Below, piece by piece: positions 10,642 through 20,103 of a DNA stretch of 64,000 bases. Under the pieces are notes generated by a model. The model saw nothing but the letters and a program-made list of their open reading frames with translations. It ran no database searches and was not told the DNA's origin. The first letter of the stretch is position 1. The number at the start of each line of letters is the position of its first letter. A program made the translations under genes and the position numbers. The DNA is from Pseudomonadota bacterium (GTDB taxonomy: Bacteria > Desulfobacterota > Desulfobulbia > Desulfobulbales > SURF-16). The stretch spans positions 1,478-65,477 of the forward strand of contig JAHIVT010000091.1 of NCBI GenBank assembly GCA_018816555.1, written 5' to 3'.

Positions 10642-11394
10642 GTGGTAAAAGTTAACAAGCAGCCGAGGACTAAAAATTTTTGCGACTTTCTTCAGCTCAT
10701 TGAGGAAGAGGCCGCTCGCTTTTCTGTGGAACTGATCCCGATTGCCGAAGAGACCGGCACCGGCCCCCAGGCCCTTCTGGTTCTGGACAGCACCCTTTCA
10801 GCAAAAAGAAAGGGAGAACTGGCAAAGCCCTTAGTCACCCAGACCTCCCCAACAACAGAGAGAGCGCAGCATATTGCCCTGCCGGCCAGAGCAGACGCGC
10901 TGGCCGGGGCGGAGTTTTTTAAAGACTGTGTCCATGCAGAGCTGGCCCGGGTAAAAAAAAGCAGGCTGCCCTGTTCTCTGCTGCTGATCAGAATTGACGA
11001 AAATAATGAAGACAGGGGCTTGCTCAATAAAGCTGCTGCAACCGTAGAGATAGCCATAGAGTGCAACCATCACCTCGCCCATTTTGACCACGCCACCCTG
11101 GCCCTGCTTCTTCCCGGGCTGAACCGTAACAGGGCATTGCGCCAGGCCTGCGCCATTCATCAATCCCTCTCGGCAGAAATCACTGCCAGGGTGAAAATAG
11201 GACTGGCAGTCTGTATGGCCCGCACAGTGCCCGCAGCAGAAGAATTTATGGAAATGGCGTTTAATGAATTACAAAAGGCGGAACATGAAGCAGGCGATAT
11301 TTTTTACTCCTCCCCCAATCAGGATGATGACTCATGCCAGGTAACCGCAGAAGAACGGGCTCAGCTTTTCAGCTTTCTGAACCGAGGGAAATAA
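10642..11394 (+). CDS. Hypothetical protein with degenerate GGDEF-like domain
   Basis: 250-aa ORF with a GTG start. The second half resembles the GGDEF fold (LLLIRIDENNE, LAHFDHATLALLLPG, KIGLAVC) but lacks the GGDEF signature. Confidence 0.5.
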   Translation: MVKVNKQPRTKNFCDFLQLIEEEAARFSVELIPIAEETGTGPQALLVLDSTLSAKRKGELAKPLVTQTSPTTERAQHIALPARADALAGAEFFKDCVHAELARVKKSRLPCSLLLIRIDENNEDRGLLNKAAATVEIAIECNHHLAHFDHATLALLLPGLNRNRALRQACAIHQSLSAEITARVKIGLAVCMARTVPAAEEFMEMAFNELQKAEHEAGDIFYSSPNQDDDSCQVTAEERAQLFSFLNRGK

Positions 11395-11401
11395 GAGTAA
11401 T

Positions 11402-12154
11402 ATGATGGACAATAACCAAAAACCGCAGATTATCTGCATCAGCAGCGGCAAAGGCGGGGTGGGCAAAACCTCTTTTACCATCAACCTGGCCGCCGCCCTT
11501 TCGACAAAATCCCGTAAGGTCCTGCTTATTGACGGCGATCTGGGTCTTGCCAACGTTGATGTCATGCTCGGTTTAAATGTCAAGCACACCCTGCAGGAAA
11601 CCGTGGAAGAGGGGAGAGACCCCCTGGAGATTCTGGTGGAGATCATGCCGGGATTCTTTGTACTGCCGGCCAGTTCAGGTGTGCCGGAAATGGCCAGTCT
11701 CTCTTACGAGGAGCAGGCATTTCTCATGGACAGCCTTGAACAGATCATCGGCAACTTTGACTTTGTGCTGGTGGACACTGCCGCAGGAGTGGGCGAGTCG
11801 GTGCTGTGGTTCAACAACTGGGCGGGTAAAAACATCACCATTCTCTCGCCGGATCCCACGGCCATGACCGATGCCTATGCCTTGATCAAGATCATGAATA
11901 CCCGTTATAATAAAAAAGAATTCCACCTCATTATCAACAATGTGAAAAGCAAGAAAGAAGCCCAGGAGGTATTTGTCAACATGAGCACCGTGCTGGAGAA
12001 TTTCCTGGGGGTAAAACCCTGCTACCAGGGGGCGATTCCGCAGGACAGCGCTGTTTCCATGGCAGTGCGCAAACAGAAACCCTTTATCATTGCCCAGCCG
12101 AAAGCACGGGCGAGCCTGGCTGTGATGGAAATCTGCAACAAAATACTTTCTTGA
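11402..12154 (+). CDS. MinD/ParA-family P-loop ATPase
   Basis: Deviant Walker A SSGKGGVGKTS and Walker B FVLVDTAAG. 250 aa. Confidence 0.85.
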   Translation: MMDNNQKPQIICISSGKGGVGKTSFTINLAAALSTKSRKVLLIDGDLGLANVDVMLGLNVKHTLQETVEEGRDPLEILVEIMPGFFVLPASSGVPEMASLSYEEQAFLMDSLEQIIGNFDFVLVDTAAGVGESVLWFNNWAGKNITILSPDPTAMTDAYALIKIMNTRYNKKEFHLIINNVKSKKEAQEVFVNMSTVLENFLGVKPCYQGAIPQDSAVSMAVRKQKPFIIAQPKARASLAVMEICNKILS

Positions 12155-12217
12155 CGTGTCTCCTTCGCAAAATCATTCTATAATAATTACACTCCATTTT
12201 CACAAAGGAGAAAAATC

Positions 12218-12520
12218 ATGTTTGTAATCGGCAACTTTATCAGCGCCCTGGCTAACCTCATTAACTTTGTGCTGGGCGCCTACATGTGGGTCATCGTCGG
12301 ACGGGCGATTATTTCCTGGGTTAATCCGGATCCCTATAACCCCATAGTCCGCTTTCTTTATGACATCACCGAACCCGTGCTTTCCCGAATCCGGCGGGTT
12401 ATCCCTTTTGCATCCGGGGCGGGAATCGATTTTTCGCCAATGATCCTGATTCTTGTCATTCTTTTTTTACAGAGTTTTGTTGTGCCCACCCTGCATGGTA
12501 TTGCCCGGTCATTTGGTTGA
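12218..12520 (+). CDS. yggT: YggT family membrane protein
   Basis: 100 aa and 2-TM. Typical YggT pattern (RAIISWV.PD..NP....L...TEP.L.P.RR.IP). Lies in a divIVA neighbourhood. Confidence 0.8.
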   Translation: MFVIGNFISALANLINFVLGAYMWVIVGRAIISWVNPDPYNPIVRFLYDITEPVLSRIRRVIPFASGAGIDFSPMILILVILFLQSFVVPTLHGIARSFG

Positions 12521-12566
12521 TTGCGGCCTTTATCATGATTTACGAAATTGAAGGAGAGTACCTACT

Positions 12567-13388
12567 ATGTCGCTGACAGCTGAAGATATACAGACCAAGC
12601 AGTTTCATGTCCGTTTCCGAGGCTTTGATATTGAAGAAGTTGACACCTTTCTGGAGCGCATTGCGGAAAATTTTGTCCTGCTCAACGCTGAAAAAAAAGA
12701 GCTGAAAGATAAGGTCGAGAAACTGGAGATGGAAATCAATGAATTTTACTCCCAGGAAAAGACCTTTCAGCATGCCATCATCTCGGCCCAGAGAATTACC
12801 GATGAAATGCAGGAAAAAAGCAGGCAGGAGGCCAATTCCAGACGTGTACGCGTGCAGGAGGAAATAGACCGACTGCGGCAGCAAAGCATAGATGAAATTG
12901 AGCGGTTGCGGAAACAAAGCACAGAGGAAAAAGAGTCCCTTGCGCAGGAAATTGCAGTGCTCCAGGAAAACAAGAGCAAGGTCAAAGAGGAGCTGCGCAC
13001 TTATCTGCAGAGCTATCTGACCTGGCTGGACCGGGATATTTCCCTGGCGGAAAACACCCCGCTTTCCCTGCTGCAGTCTGATATCATGGATGACGGGCAG
13101 CCAACGGTTGCCGACGCGGCAGAGGTTGAGGTTGATGGTATGTATGAAAAGATAAACCTTCCCGATGACCCGCACCCTGTCGAAATGGAAGGGATGGCTT
13201 CGGCTCTGCAGGAGAATGACTCCGGCGAACCTGATGAAGAGGAGGATGGGGAGAGACTCACCATCCCGGACCTCGAAGGGGATATGCTTTTTTCCCTGGA
13301 AGACCCCCTTGATGAAGATGAAGAAAAGGAGCCGCGGCCGGATAGAGGACTGGACGAAGAATTTTTCCACGACATAAAATTAAAATGA
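12567..13388 (+). CDS. divIVA: DivIVA domain protein
   Basis: N-terminal [30 protein letters not shown] is the DivIVA signature, followed by coiled-coil and an acidic tail. Confidence 0.87.
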   Translation: MSLTAEDIQTKQFHVRFRGFDIEEVDTFLERIAENFVLLNAEKKELKDKVEKLEMEINEFYSQEKTFQHAIISAQRITDEMQEKSRQEANSRRVRVQEEIDRLRQQSIDEIERLRKQSTEEKESLAQEIAVLQENKSKVKEELRTYLQSYLTWLDRDISLAENTPLSLLQSDIMDDGQPTVADAAEVEVDGMYEKINLPDDPHPVEMEGMASALQENDSGEPDEEEDGERLTIPDLEGDMLFSLEDPLDEDEEKEPRPDRGLDEEFFHDIKLK

Positions 13389-13681
13389 GCTTTCTCCGCG
13401 AGGTTGCGGACAATTCGGTTTCACTGGATCTGTACATTCAGCCCAAGGCATCAAAAAATAGTATCTGCGGTCTGCACGGGGATGAGCTGAAACTTGCCAT
13501 CACCGCTCCTCCGGTGGACGGCAAGGCCAACAAGGCGGTTATCGATTTTCTTGCCAAGCTTTTCGGGGTGGCGAAATCTTCCGTCAGCATCATGAGCGGG
13601 CAGCAGAGTCGCCACAAACGCTGTATGGTCCAAGGGGTCACCTTCCAAGAGGCCAGCAGGGTTGTGAATGGTTTTTTTTAA
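13385..13681 (+). CDS. DUF167 (YggU) family protein
   Basis: 98 aa. Pattern V.PKASKN.I.G...[18 protein letters not shown]. Confidence 0.8.
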   Translation: MSFLREVADNSVSLDLYIQPKASKNSICGLHGDELKLAITAPPVDGKANKAVIDFLAKLFGVAKSSVSIMSGQQSRHKRCMVQGVTFQEASRVVNGFF

Positions 13682-13706
13682 TTTCCGTCAGCATGCAGGG
13701 TAAACC

Positions 13707-14201
13707 ATGATCACCAGAATCGGCATTCTTTCCGACACGCACCTGATCAGACCGGACGAGCATTTCCGGCAACTAGTGGACCTCTGTTTTGCTGACGTCC
13801 CCATTATTCTCCATGCCGGAGATCTGACCGATTTAAGTGTGCTTAATGCCTTCAAGGGCAGGGAAGTCCATGCCGTTCATGGCAATATGTGCCACTGCTC
13901 ATGCCGCAAGATGCTGCCTGCTAAAAAAATCATTCACATCGCCGGATTTGATATCGGGCTGATCCATGGCATGGGGGTGAACCATCACATGGAAGATCAC
14001 CTGATGCGGGAATTCGACCATGCGGACTGCATCGTTTTCGGCCATACCCATCGGCCGGTCTGCCACCGTCTCTACGAAACCCTGTTTATCAATCCGGGCA
14101 GTTTCCTGGGGTCCGGCCGCTATGGCGCACCCGGCACCTATGCCATCCTGGAGGCCGGTGAGACCATCACAGGACAAATCCTGGAAGTTCCACGGTTCTA
14201 A
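13707..14201 (+). CDS. Metallophosphoesterase, YfcE/MJ0936 family
   Basis: Motifs ILSDTH, HAGD, HGN and GHTH in the canonical order. 164 aa. Confidence 0.85.
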   Translation: MITRIGILSDTHLIRPDEHFRQLVDLCFADVPIILHAGDLTDLSVLNAFKGREVHAVHGNMCHCSCRKMLPAKKIIHIAGFDIGLIHGMGVNHHMEDHLMREFDHADCIVFGHTHRPVCHRLYETLFINPGSFLGSGRYGAPGTYAILEAGETITGQILEVPRF

Positions 14202-14209
14202 GGTGAGCA

Positions 14210-14719
14210 ATGGAAAACCTCTGGACCCCATGGCGGATGGATTACATTCTGGGCAAGCAAGGTCGTGAACCGGGCTGCATTTTTGACCGGAAACCGGAGC
14301 TGACCCACGATAAAGAGGAGCTTATTCTGTACCGCGGCCAAAATGCCGTGATACTGCTCAACCGCTTTCCCTATGCCAACGGCCATCTGCTGATTGCCCC
14401 GGCCCGCCATGTGGGCGAGCTGCATGATCTTACCCCGGTTGAAGCGGCAAGCCTGATGGAGCATATCCGCCACAGTGTGGAAATCTTAAAAAAACACCTG
14501 CGGCCGGACGGCTTTAACATCGGGCTCAATATCGGTTCAGTGGCGGGCGCAGGCCTTGCCGACCATCTCCATTTTCACGTAATTCCCCGCTGGCACGGGG
14601 ACCATAACTTTATGACCGTGATTGGTGAAATACGCACCATTCCCCAGCATATTGACGAGACCTTTGCCATGCTGCTGCCCGATTTCCTGAAACTTCTGCA
14701 AGACATCAACCATGAATAA
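14210..14719 (+). CDS. HIT family hydrolase
   Basis: Histidine triad HLHFHVIPR. 169 aa. Confidence 0.87.
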   Translation: MENLWTPWRMDYILGKQGREPGCIFDRKPELTHDKEELILYRGQNAVILLNRFPYANGHLLIAPARHVGELHDLTPVEAASLMEHIRHSVEILKKHLRPDGFNIGLNIGSVAGAGLADHLHFHVIPRWHGDHNFMTVIGEIRTIPQHIDETFAMLLPDFLKLLQDINHE

Positions 14720-17390
14720 CGCGCTTAAAATAACGCCCATGCTTCAACAGTACCTTGAAATCAAGGAGCAGCACCAGGATGCCATCCTTTTTTACCGGCT
14801 GGGCGATTTTTACGAAATGTTCTTTGATGACGCCGTCACCGCCTCCCGGGTGCTGGGCATTACCCTCACCAGCCGCAGCGGCAAAGACGCCGACAACAAA
14901 ATCCCTCTCTGCGGTGTTCCCTATCATGCAGCCTCTTCCTACCTGGCCAAGCTGGTCAACAACGGTTTCCGGGTGGCCATCTGTGAACAGGTGGAAGACC
15001 CGAAAGAGGCAAAAGGGGTGGTCAAACGGGAAGTGGTTCGAGTCATCAGTCCCGGCGTGGTGACGGAAGAACAGGTCCTTGACGAAAAATCAAACCGTTA
15101 TGTTGCCGCCGTCTTCCTGCGGGAAAAATGGGGTGTCAGCCTGCTTGATCTTTCCACCGGCGAGTTTCTGGTGGCTGAATACCGGGAATCAGCGGAAATA
15201 ATTGATGAACTCAACCGCCTGGCCCCGTCCGAGCTGCTGATTGCCGATCAGCAGGCCGATGCCGTCAAGACAATTGTCGAGCAGATGCTGCCCCTCTGCC
15301 AGACAAGCCGGCCTGTTTCCATCTTTCACCGGGAAAATGCCAGGGAAACCCTGCTTGAACACTTTCATACCACGAATCTCGCCGGTTTCGGCTGTGAGCA
15401 TCTGGATGAAGGCATGTGCGCGGCAGGCGCCCTGCTGCACTACATCCGGGAAACCCAGAAAACGGATCTTTCCCATATCGAGCGCATTGTCCTGCTGGAG
15501 CGCGACAATGTGCTGCTGATTGACGATTCTTCCCGGCGCAATCTTGAACTTATCCAGACCATCATTGGCGCCAACCGGGAGGGTTCGCTGCTCGCCACCA
15601 TCGATATGACCCGTACACCCATGGGGGCAAGGATGCTTAAAAAAAACCTGCTCTTTCCCCTGCGCGACCTTGAAGAAATAAACAACAGGCTCGACACGGT
15701 GGCCTTTCTAGTTGGTGAAAAAGTCCCTACCGTCACCCCTCTTTCCGTGGTGGCGGCAGGAACGGGCAGTTTTTCCGTGGTCAAGGGCGAAGGGCTGCGG
15801 GCCAAATTGCGGGATATCCTCTCCGGCGTCTATGACCTTGAACGGTTGAACAGCCGGGTGGTGCTGGGCACGGCCAACGGACGGGACCTGACAACCCTCA
15901 AGCAGTCCCTGGCCCTGCTGCCTGAGTTGCAGCTCCTTGCCTCCCTGACCAGGGGAATTCTCTGTGAAGAGAGCCACAGTCTCGATCTGCTGGCCGATAT
16001 CCATGAGCTGCTCAACCAGGCGGTGCGGGAAGACTGCCCGGTTACCCTGCGGGAAGGCAAGCTCATTAAAGCGGGCTATCACCAGGAACTCGATGAGCTG
16101 GTCTCCATCATGACCGACGGCAAAAAACACATCCTGGGTCTGGAGGAAAAAGAGCGGCAACGCACCGGTATTGCCAAACTGAAAATCGGCTTTAACAAGG
16201 TATTCGGCTACTTCATCGAGGTGAGCAAAGGCCAGCTTGCCAACGTGCCGGATGATTTTATCCGCAAGCAGACCCTGGTCAACGCCGAACGCTTCATCAC
16301 CCCGGAACTCAAAGAATTTGAAAGCAAGGTTCTCGGCGCGGAAGAAAAGAGAGTCGAGCTTGAGTATCAGCTTTTCGGCCAGGTAAGGGAACAGGTTGCC
16401 GCGGCCAGCTCCCGCATCATCCGGGCCGCCTCCTTCATCGCGCGGGTGGATTTTTTCACAAGTCTGGCCGAAGCTGCACGGCGTTACAATTATATCCGGC
16501 CCCAGGTCGATGACGGTGAGGAGATTGTCATCAAGGAAGGGCGCCACCCGGTGATCGAACGGTCGCTTCCGGCCGGCCGCTTTGTCCCCAATGACATCCT
16601 GCTTGACCAGACCGGTCAGGAGGTGCTGATCATCACCGGCCCCAATATGGCCGGCAAATCCACCGTGCTAAGGCAAACGGCTCTGATTGTCCTGATGTGC
16701 CAGATGGGCAGCTTTGTGCCGGCTGCCCAGGCGCATATCGGCATTGTGGACCGGATCTTCACCCGGGTTGGGGCCATGGATGATCTGCGTCGGGGCCAGT
16801 CAACCTTTATGGTGGAAATGAATGAAACGGCCAACATTTTAAACAATGTCACGGAAAAGAGCCTGGTGGTGCTGGATGAAATCGGCCGAGGCACCAGCAC
16901 CTTTGACGGACTGGCCATTGCCTGGGCCGTGACCGAGGAACTGGTGAACAAAAACAACAAAGGGGTGAAGACCATTTTCGCCACCCATTATCATGAGTTG
17001 ACCGAGCTGGCCCTCACCCATAACCGGATAAAAAACTTCAACATCGCCGTGCGGGAGTGGGACGACAGCATCATCTTCCTGCACAAGCTGCTGCCGGGCG
17101 GGACCAGCAAAAGCTACGGCATCCAGGTGGCGGCCCTGGCCGGGGTGCCCAGGCGCGTGGTGGAGCGGGCCCATGAACTGCTGCACAACATTGAAAAGGG
17201 TGAACTCAACAGCGACGGCAGGCCACGGATCGCCCCGGGCAAAAAAACAAAGGCAAAGCACCCGAGCCAGCTCAATCTCTTTGTGGAAGAGGATGACCCC
17301 CTCAGAAATAAGATCAAAAATATCGATCCGGACCGTTTAACCCCAATTGAAGCTCTTCATTTGCTCTATGAGCTGAAAAATGCGACGTAA
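14712..17390 (+). CDS. mutS: DNA mismatch repair protein MutS
   Basis: 892 aa. N-terminal TPMLQQYLEIK...GDFYE mismatch-binding motif, Walker A GPNMAGKST, and C-terminal HTH/dimerisation region. Confidence 0.97.
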   Translation: MNNALKITPMLQQYLEIKEQHQDAILFYRLGDFYEMFFDDAVTASRVLGITLTSRSGKDADNKIPLCGVPYHAASSYLAKLVNNGFRVAICEQVEDPKEAKGVVKREVVRVISPGVVTEEQVLDEKSNRYVAAVFLREKWGVSLLDLSTGEFLVAEYRESAEIIDELNRLAPSELLIADQQADAVKTIVEQMLPLCQTSRPVSIFHRENARETLLEHFHTTNLAGFGCEHLDEGMCAAGALLHYIRETQKTDLSHIERIVLLERDNVLLIDDSSRRNLELIQTIIGANREGSLLATIDMTRTPMGARMLKKNLLFPLRDLEEINNRLDTVAFLVGEKVPTVTPLSVVAAGTGSFSVVKGEGLRAKLRDILSGVYDLERLNSRVVLGTANGRDLTTLKQSLALLPELQLLASLTRGILCEESHSLDLLADIHELLNQAVREDCPVTLREGKLIKAGYHQELDELVSIMTDGKKHILGLEEKERQRTGIAKLKIGFNKVFGYFIEVSKGQLANVPDDFIRKQTLVNAERFITPELKEFESKVLGAEEKRVELEYQLFGQVREQVAAASSRIIRAASFIARVDFFTSLAEAARRYNYIRPQVDDGEEIVIKEGRHPVIERSLPAGRFVPNDILLDQTGQEVLIITGPNMAGKSTVLRQTALIVLMCQMGSFVPAAQAHIGIVDRIFTRVGAMDDLRRGQSTFMVEMNETANILNNVTEKSLVVLDEIGRGTSTFDGLAIAWAVTEELVNKNNKGVKTIFATHYHELTELALTHNRIKNFNIAVREWDDSIIFLHKLLPGGTSKSYGIQVAALAGVPRRVVERAHELLHNIEKGELNSDGRPRIAPGKKTKAKHPSQLNLFVEEDDPLRNKIKNIDPDRLTPIEALHLLYELKNAT

Positions 17391-19041
17391 CTTCTTTATT
17401 TTTCTTTCAATCATCATTTTTCTGCTTATCATTCCTTCTTATCCGGGTAAGGCATGGGCGGAATCACGGGTGCCGGACCTTATCGGCAAACGCTTTGACC
17501 TGGCAACTTACCGATATAACAACCTCTCCTTCAACCAGGGGGAAAAAAGCCGCGACCGCTGGCTGAATTGTGTCAAATCCCTGCGTATGGAGTATCACCG
17601 TGATCCCGGTCATGCCAAGGCGCCGTTTGCCCTGTTCATGCTTGGCCGGATTTATGAGGATATGTACAGCCGTTTCCATGATCCCCGCGACCTCACCGAA
17701 GCAGCCGGCTACTATGAAGACCTTGCTTTGATTTTCCCAAAAGACAATCTGGCCGATGATGCCCTGCTTAACCTGGGCACTATCTGCCTGGAAAAGAAGA
17801 GTAACGGTAAAAAAGCCGAAACAATATTTGCCCGGATCATTGCCGTTTACCCTGATGGCGACATGGCCGGGTCAGCGGCACTCATGCTGCGCCGGATGAA
17901 AAACGGTCACGAGCCGCCCAGCCAACCGGCGGTGGTCAGCGCAAAGAAAGAGGAACAGCCGACAAAGGAGCAGCTCGCTGATCTGCCCATGGCCGTTCTC
18001 AGCCAACCCATCCGCTTCTGGTCTACGAAAAACTATACCAGAGTGGTCGTTGAACCATCCTTTCCCGTGCAATTCAAAGAGAACTTTCTCAAGGCTGACG
18101 GTGATCTGCCCCGGCGGCTCTATATCGATCTTTTTAACAGCCGCATCGCCCCGACCTTTCAGAATGCCATCCCGATACAAGACGGCCTGCTCAAGCAGGT
18201 GCGGGGCGCCCAGTTTGACAAAACCACGGTGCGGGTGGTGCTTGATACCGAATCAGTTGAAGACTACAAGATTTTCACCCTGGAAGACCCCTTCCGGGTG
18301 GTCATTGACGTTACCGGCATCAGGCTGAAGCCGCAAACCCCGCAAAAACTCCCCACCCTGGCCGAGCAGTTCGGTCTGGGCGTGAAAACCATTGTCATCG
18401 ACCCGGGACACGGAGGAAAGGACCCTGGAGCACTCGGCATAAACGGTCTGCAGGAAAAGGATGTAGTGCTTAAGGTGGCAAAAAAGGTGGCAGCCATCCT
18501 GGAAAAGGAGACCGCCTATAAAGTCCTGTTGACCAGGGATCGGGATGTGTTCATTCCCCTGGAAGAACGGACCGCCATTGCCAACACCAAGGAGGCGGAT
18601 CTCTTTGTGTCAATCCACGCCAATTCCGCCCCGAACATCCATGCCAATGGGGTGGAAACCTATTTTCTCAGCCTGGCCACCAGCCGTGAAGAAATGCAGG
18701 CAGCGGCCCGGGAAAATGCCGCCTCCGCGAGCCAGATCAGTGATCTGCAGAAGATCCTGCAGGATCTGATGCAAAACAGCAAGATTGAGGAATCAGCCAG
18801 ATTGGCCGGCAGTGTTCAGGGTGAACTGGTGAATGGTTTAGCCGTAAAAAACCTCGGGGTGAAAAAAGCCCCCTTTATCGTCCTGATCGGCGCTCAGATG
18901 CCGGCCATCCTCACGGAAATAGCCTTTTTAAGCAACAAGGACGAGGTACGCCGCCTGCAGGATGACCGTTATCTTGAGGCCATTGCCCGCTATATCGCCG
19001 CCGGCGTCCGGCAATATGCGGCAAAGCTCAATGGCTTGTAG
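17380..19041 (+). CDS. N-acetylmuramoyl-L-alanine amidase (AmiC-type) with N-terminal TPR-like and AMIN-like regions
   Basis: Signal/TM segment, then TPR/YbgF-like region. Amidase_3 motifs VIDPGHGGKDPGA, SIHAN and ETYF. Confidence 0.85.
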   Translation: MRRNFFIFLSIIIFLLIIPSYPGKAWAESRVPDLIGKRFDLATYRYNNLSFNQGEKSRDRWLNCVKSLRMEYHRDPGHAKAPFALFMLGRIYEDMYSRFHDPRDLTEAAGYYEDLALIFPKDNLADDALLNLGTICLEKKSNGKKAETIFARIIAVYPDGDMAGSAALMLRRMKNGHEPPSQPAVVSAKKEEQPTKEQLADLPMAVLSQPIRFWSTKNYTRVVVEPSFPVQFKENFLKADGDLPRRLYIDLFNSRIAPTFQNAIPIQDGLLKQVRGAQFDKTTVRVVLDTESVEDYKIFTLEDPFRVVIDVTGIRLKPQTPQKLPTLAEQFGLGVKTIVIDPGHGGKDPGALGINGLQEKDVVLKVAKKVAAILEKETAYKVLLTRDRDVFIPLEERTAIANTKEADLFVSIHANSAPNIHANGVETYFLSLATSREEMQAAARENAASASQISDLQKILQDLMQNSKIEESARLAGSVQGELVNGLAVKNLGVKKAPFIVLIGAQMPAILTEIAFLSNKDEVRRLQDDRYLEAIARYIAAGVRQYAAKLNGL

Positions 19042-19064
19042 CTACCCCATGGCGACAGGGTCAG

Positions 19065-19817
19065 TTACCAGTTTTTCGCCACCCTGGCCAGGGTGAGAAC
19101 ATCCACCTGGGCTGCTCCTGCCTGTTTCAAGGCCCGGGCGCATTCATTTACCGTGGTGCCGGTGGTGAACACGTCATCCACCAGCACGATCTTTTTTCCG
19201 TAAACATCCGCCTCCTTTTGCACCAGAAAGGCATCCCGCATATTCTTGCGCCGCGATGAGCCATCCAGTCCTGTCTGGGAAATGGTATCACGCCGGCGTT
19301 TTAATGCTGTTTTCTTTATTTTCTCTTTCTCCTCCGGATAAAAGGCCCTGGCAAGAAGCAGGGACTGATTAAAACCGCGCTGGCGCAAGCGGTTGCTGTG
19401 CAAGGGAACAGGGATAATAGAGTCAGGAATTACCAGATCACGGCATGGACTGCATTGCTCTTTGAACTTGCTAAATGTCTTAAGCGCCGCCTTTCTGCCG
19501 CCGAATTTGAGTCCCAGAATAGCTTTTGCCGCTGTGTCATTATATACAAACACAGAACGAGCCCTGGTGAAATTCCAGCTTTTTTTCAGACAGAGTGCGC
19601 AGAGATGATTTTCCCCGGATGAAAACAGGATACCGCAGCAAGGGCAATAAGGTTCGTTGATAAATTTTATTTTCACCAGACAGCTGTCACAGAAAAGGAT
19701 GAAGGAATGCTGCAGTGATATACCGCAGCCCAAACAGCTGGGGGGAAAGCAGAGATCTGCCAGGGCCTCAAAAGTGCGCATCACATTCTCTGATATTTTT
19801 CTAAACATTGAATTCAT
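19065..19817 (-). CDS. comF: ComF family phosphoribosyltransferase-like protein
   Basis: N-terminal Cys-rich zinc-finger pairs and C-terminal PRTase motif VLVDDVFTTGTT. Confidence 0.85.
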   Translation of the reverse strand: MNSMFRKISENVMRTFEALADLCFPPSCLGCGISLQHSFILFCDSCLVKIKFINEPYCPCCGILFSSGENHLCALCLKKSWNFTRARSVFVYNDTAAKAILGLKFGGRKAALKTFSKFKEQCSPCRDLVIPDSIIPVPLHSNRLRQRGFNQSLLLARAFYPEEKEKIKKTALKRRRDTISQTGLDGSSRRKNMRDAFLVQKEADVYGKKIVLVDDVFTTGTTVNECARALKQAGAAQVDVLTLARVAKNW

Positions 19818-19890
19818 CAGGGCAACATGTTAATTATTATCTTTACCAGACATATTTTTTCTTCCCCGAGGTAAAAGGATAAGAATAATA

Positions 19891-20046
19891 ATGAAATCCG
19901 TTTTATATGCCATTATAGCCATTGCGGCTGCCATTTTTTTCATAAAGAAAATAAGAAAAAGCAGCAACTGCACCCCTTGACTGATCATTTACGGATCCAT
20001 AGGTGTGGGTCTTGCTATCTATTTTCTGCTCAGCAGATTTCTTTAA
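19891..20046 (+). CDS. Candidate small two-TM membrane peptide with in-frame UGA (possible CxxU selenopeptide), or a 29-aa peptide ending at 19980
   Basis: ATG is preceded by AAAGGA. Reading MKSVLYAIIAIAAAIFFIKKIRKSSNCTP-TGA-LIIYGSIGVGLAIYFLLSRFL-TAA: both halves are hydrophobic and in frame. There is no homology support. Confidence 0.2.
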
Positions 20047-20103
20047 AATGTATAAAAATCCTTTTCAATATTGCACCTTTTTTTCAGAGATAGCTGACAT
20101 AAC

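Noticed and set aside
12540-13375. 276-aa and 120-aa minus-strand ORFs
   Set aside because: They are antisense to the DivIVA gene. The coiled-coil and acidic coding repeats generate long open antisense frames.
15708-16547. 279-aa minus-strand ORF
   Set aside because: It is antisense to mutS.
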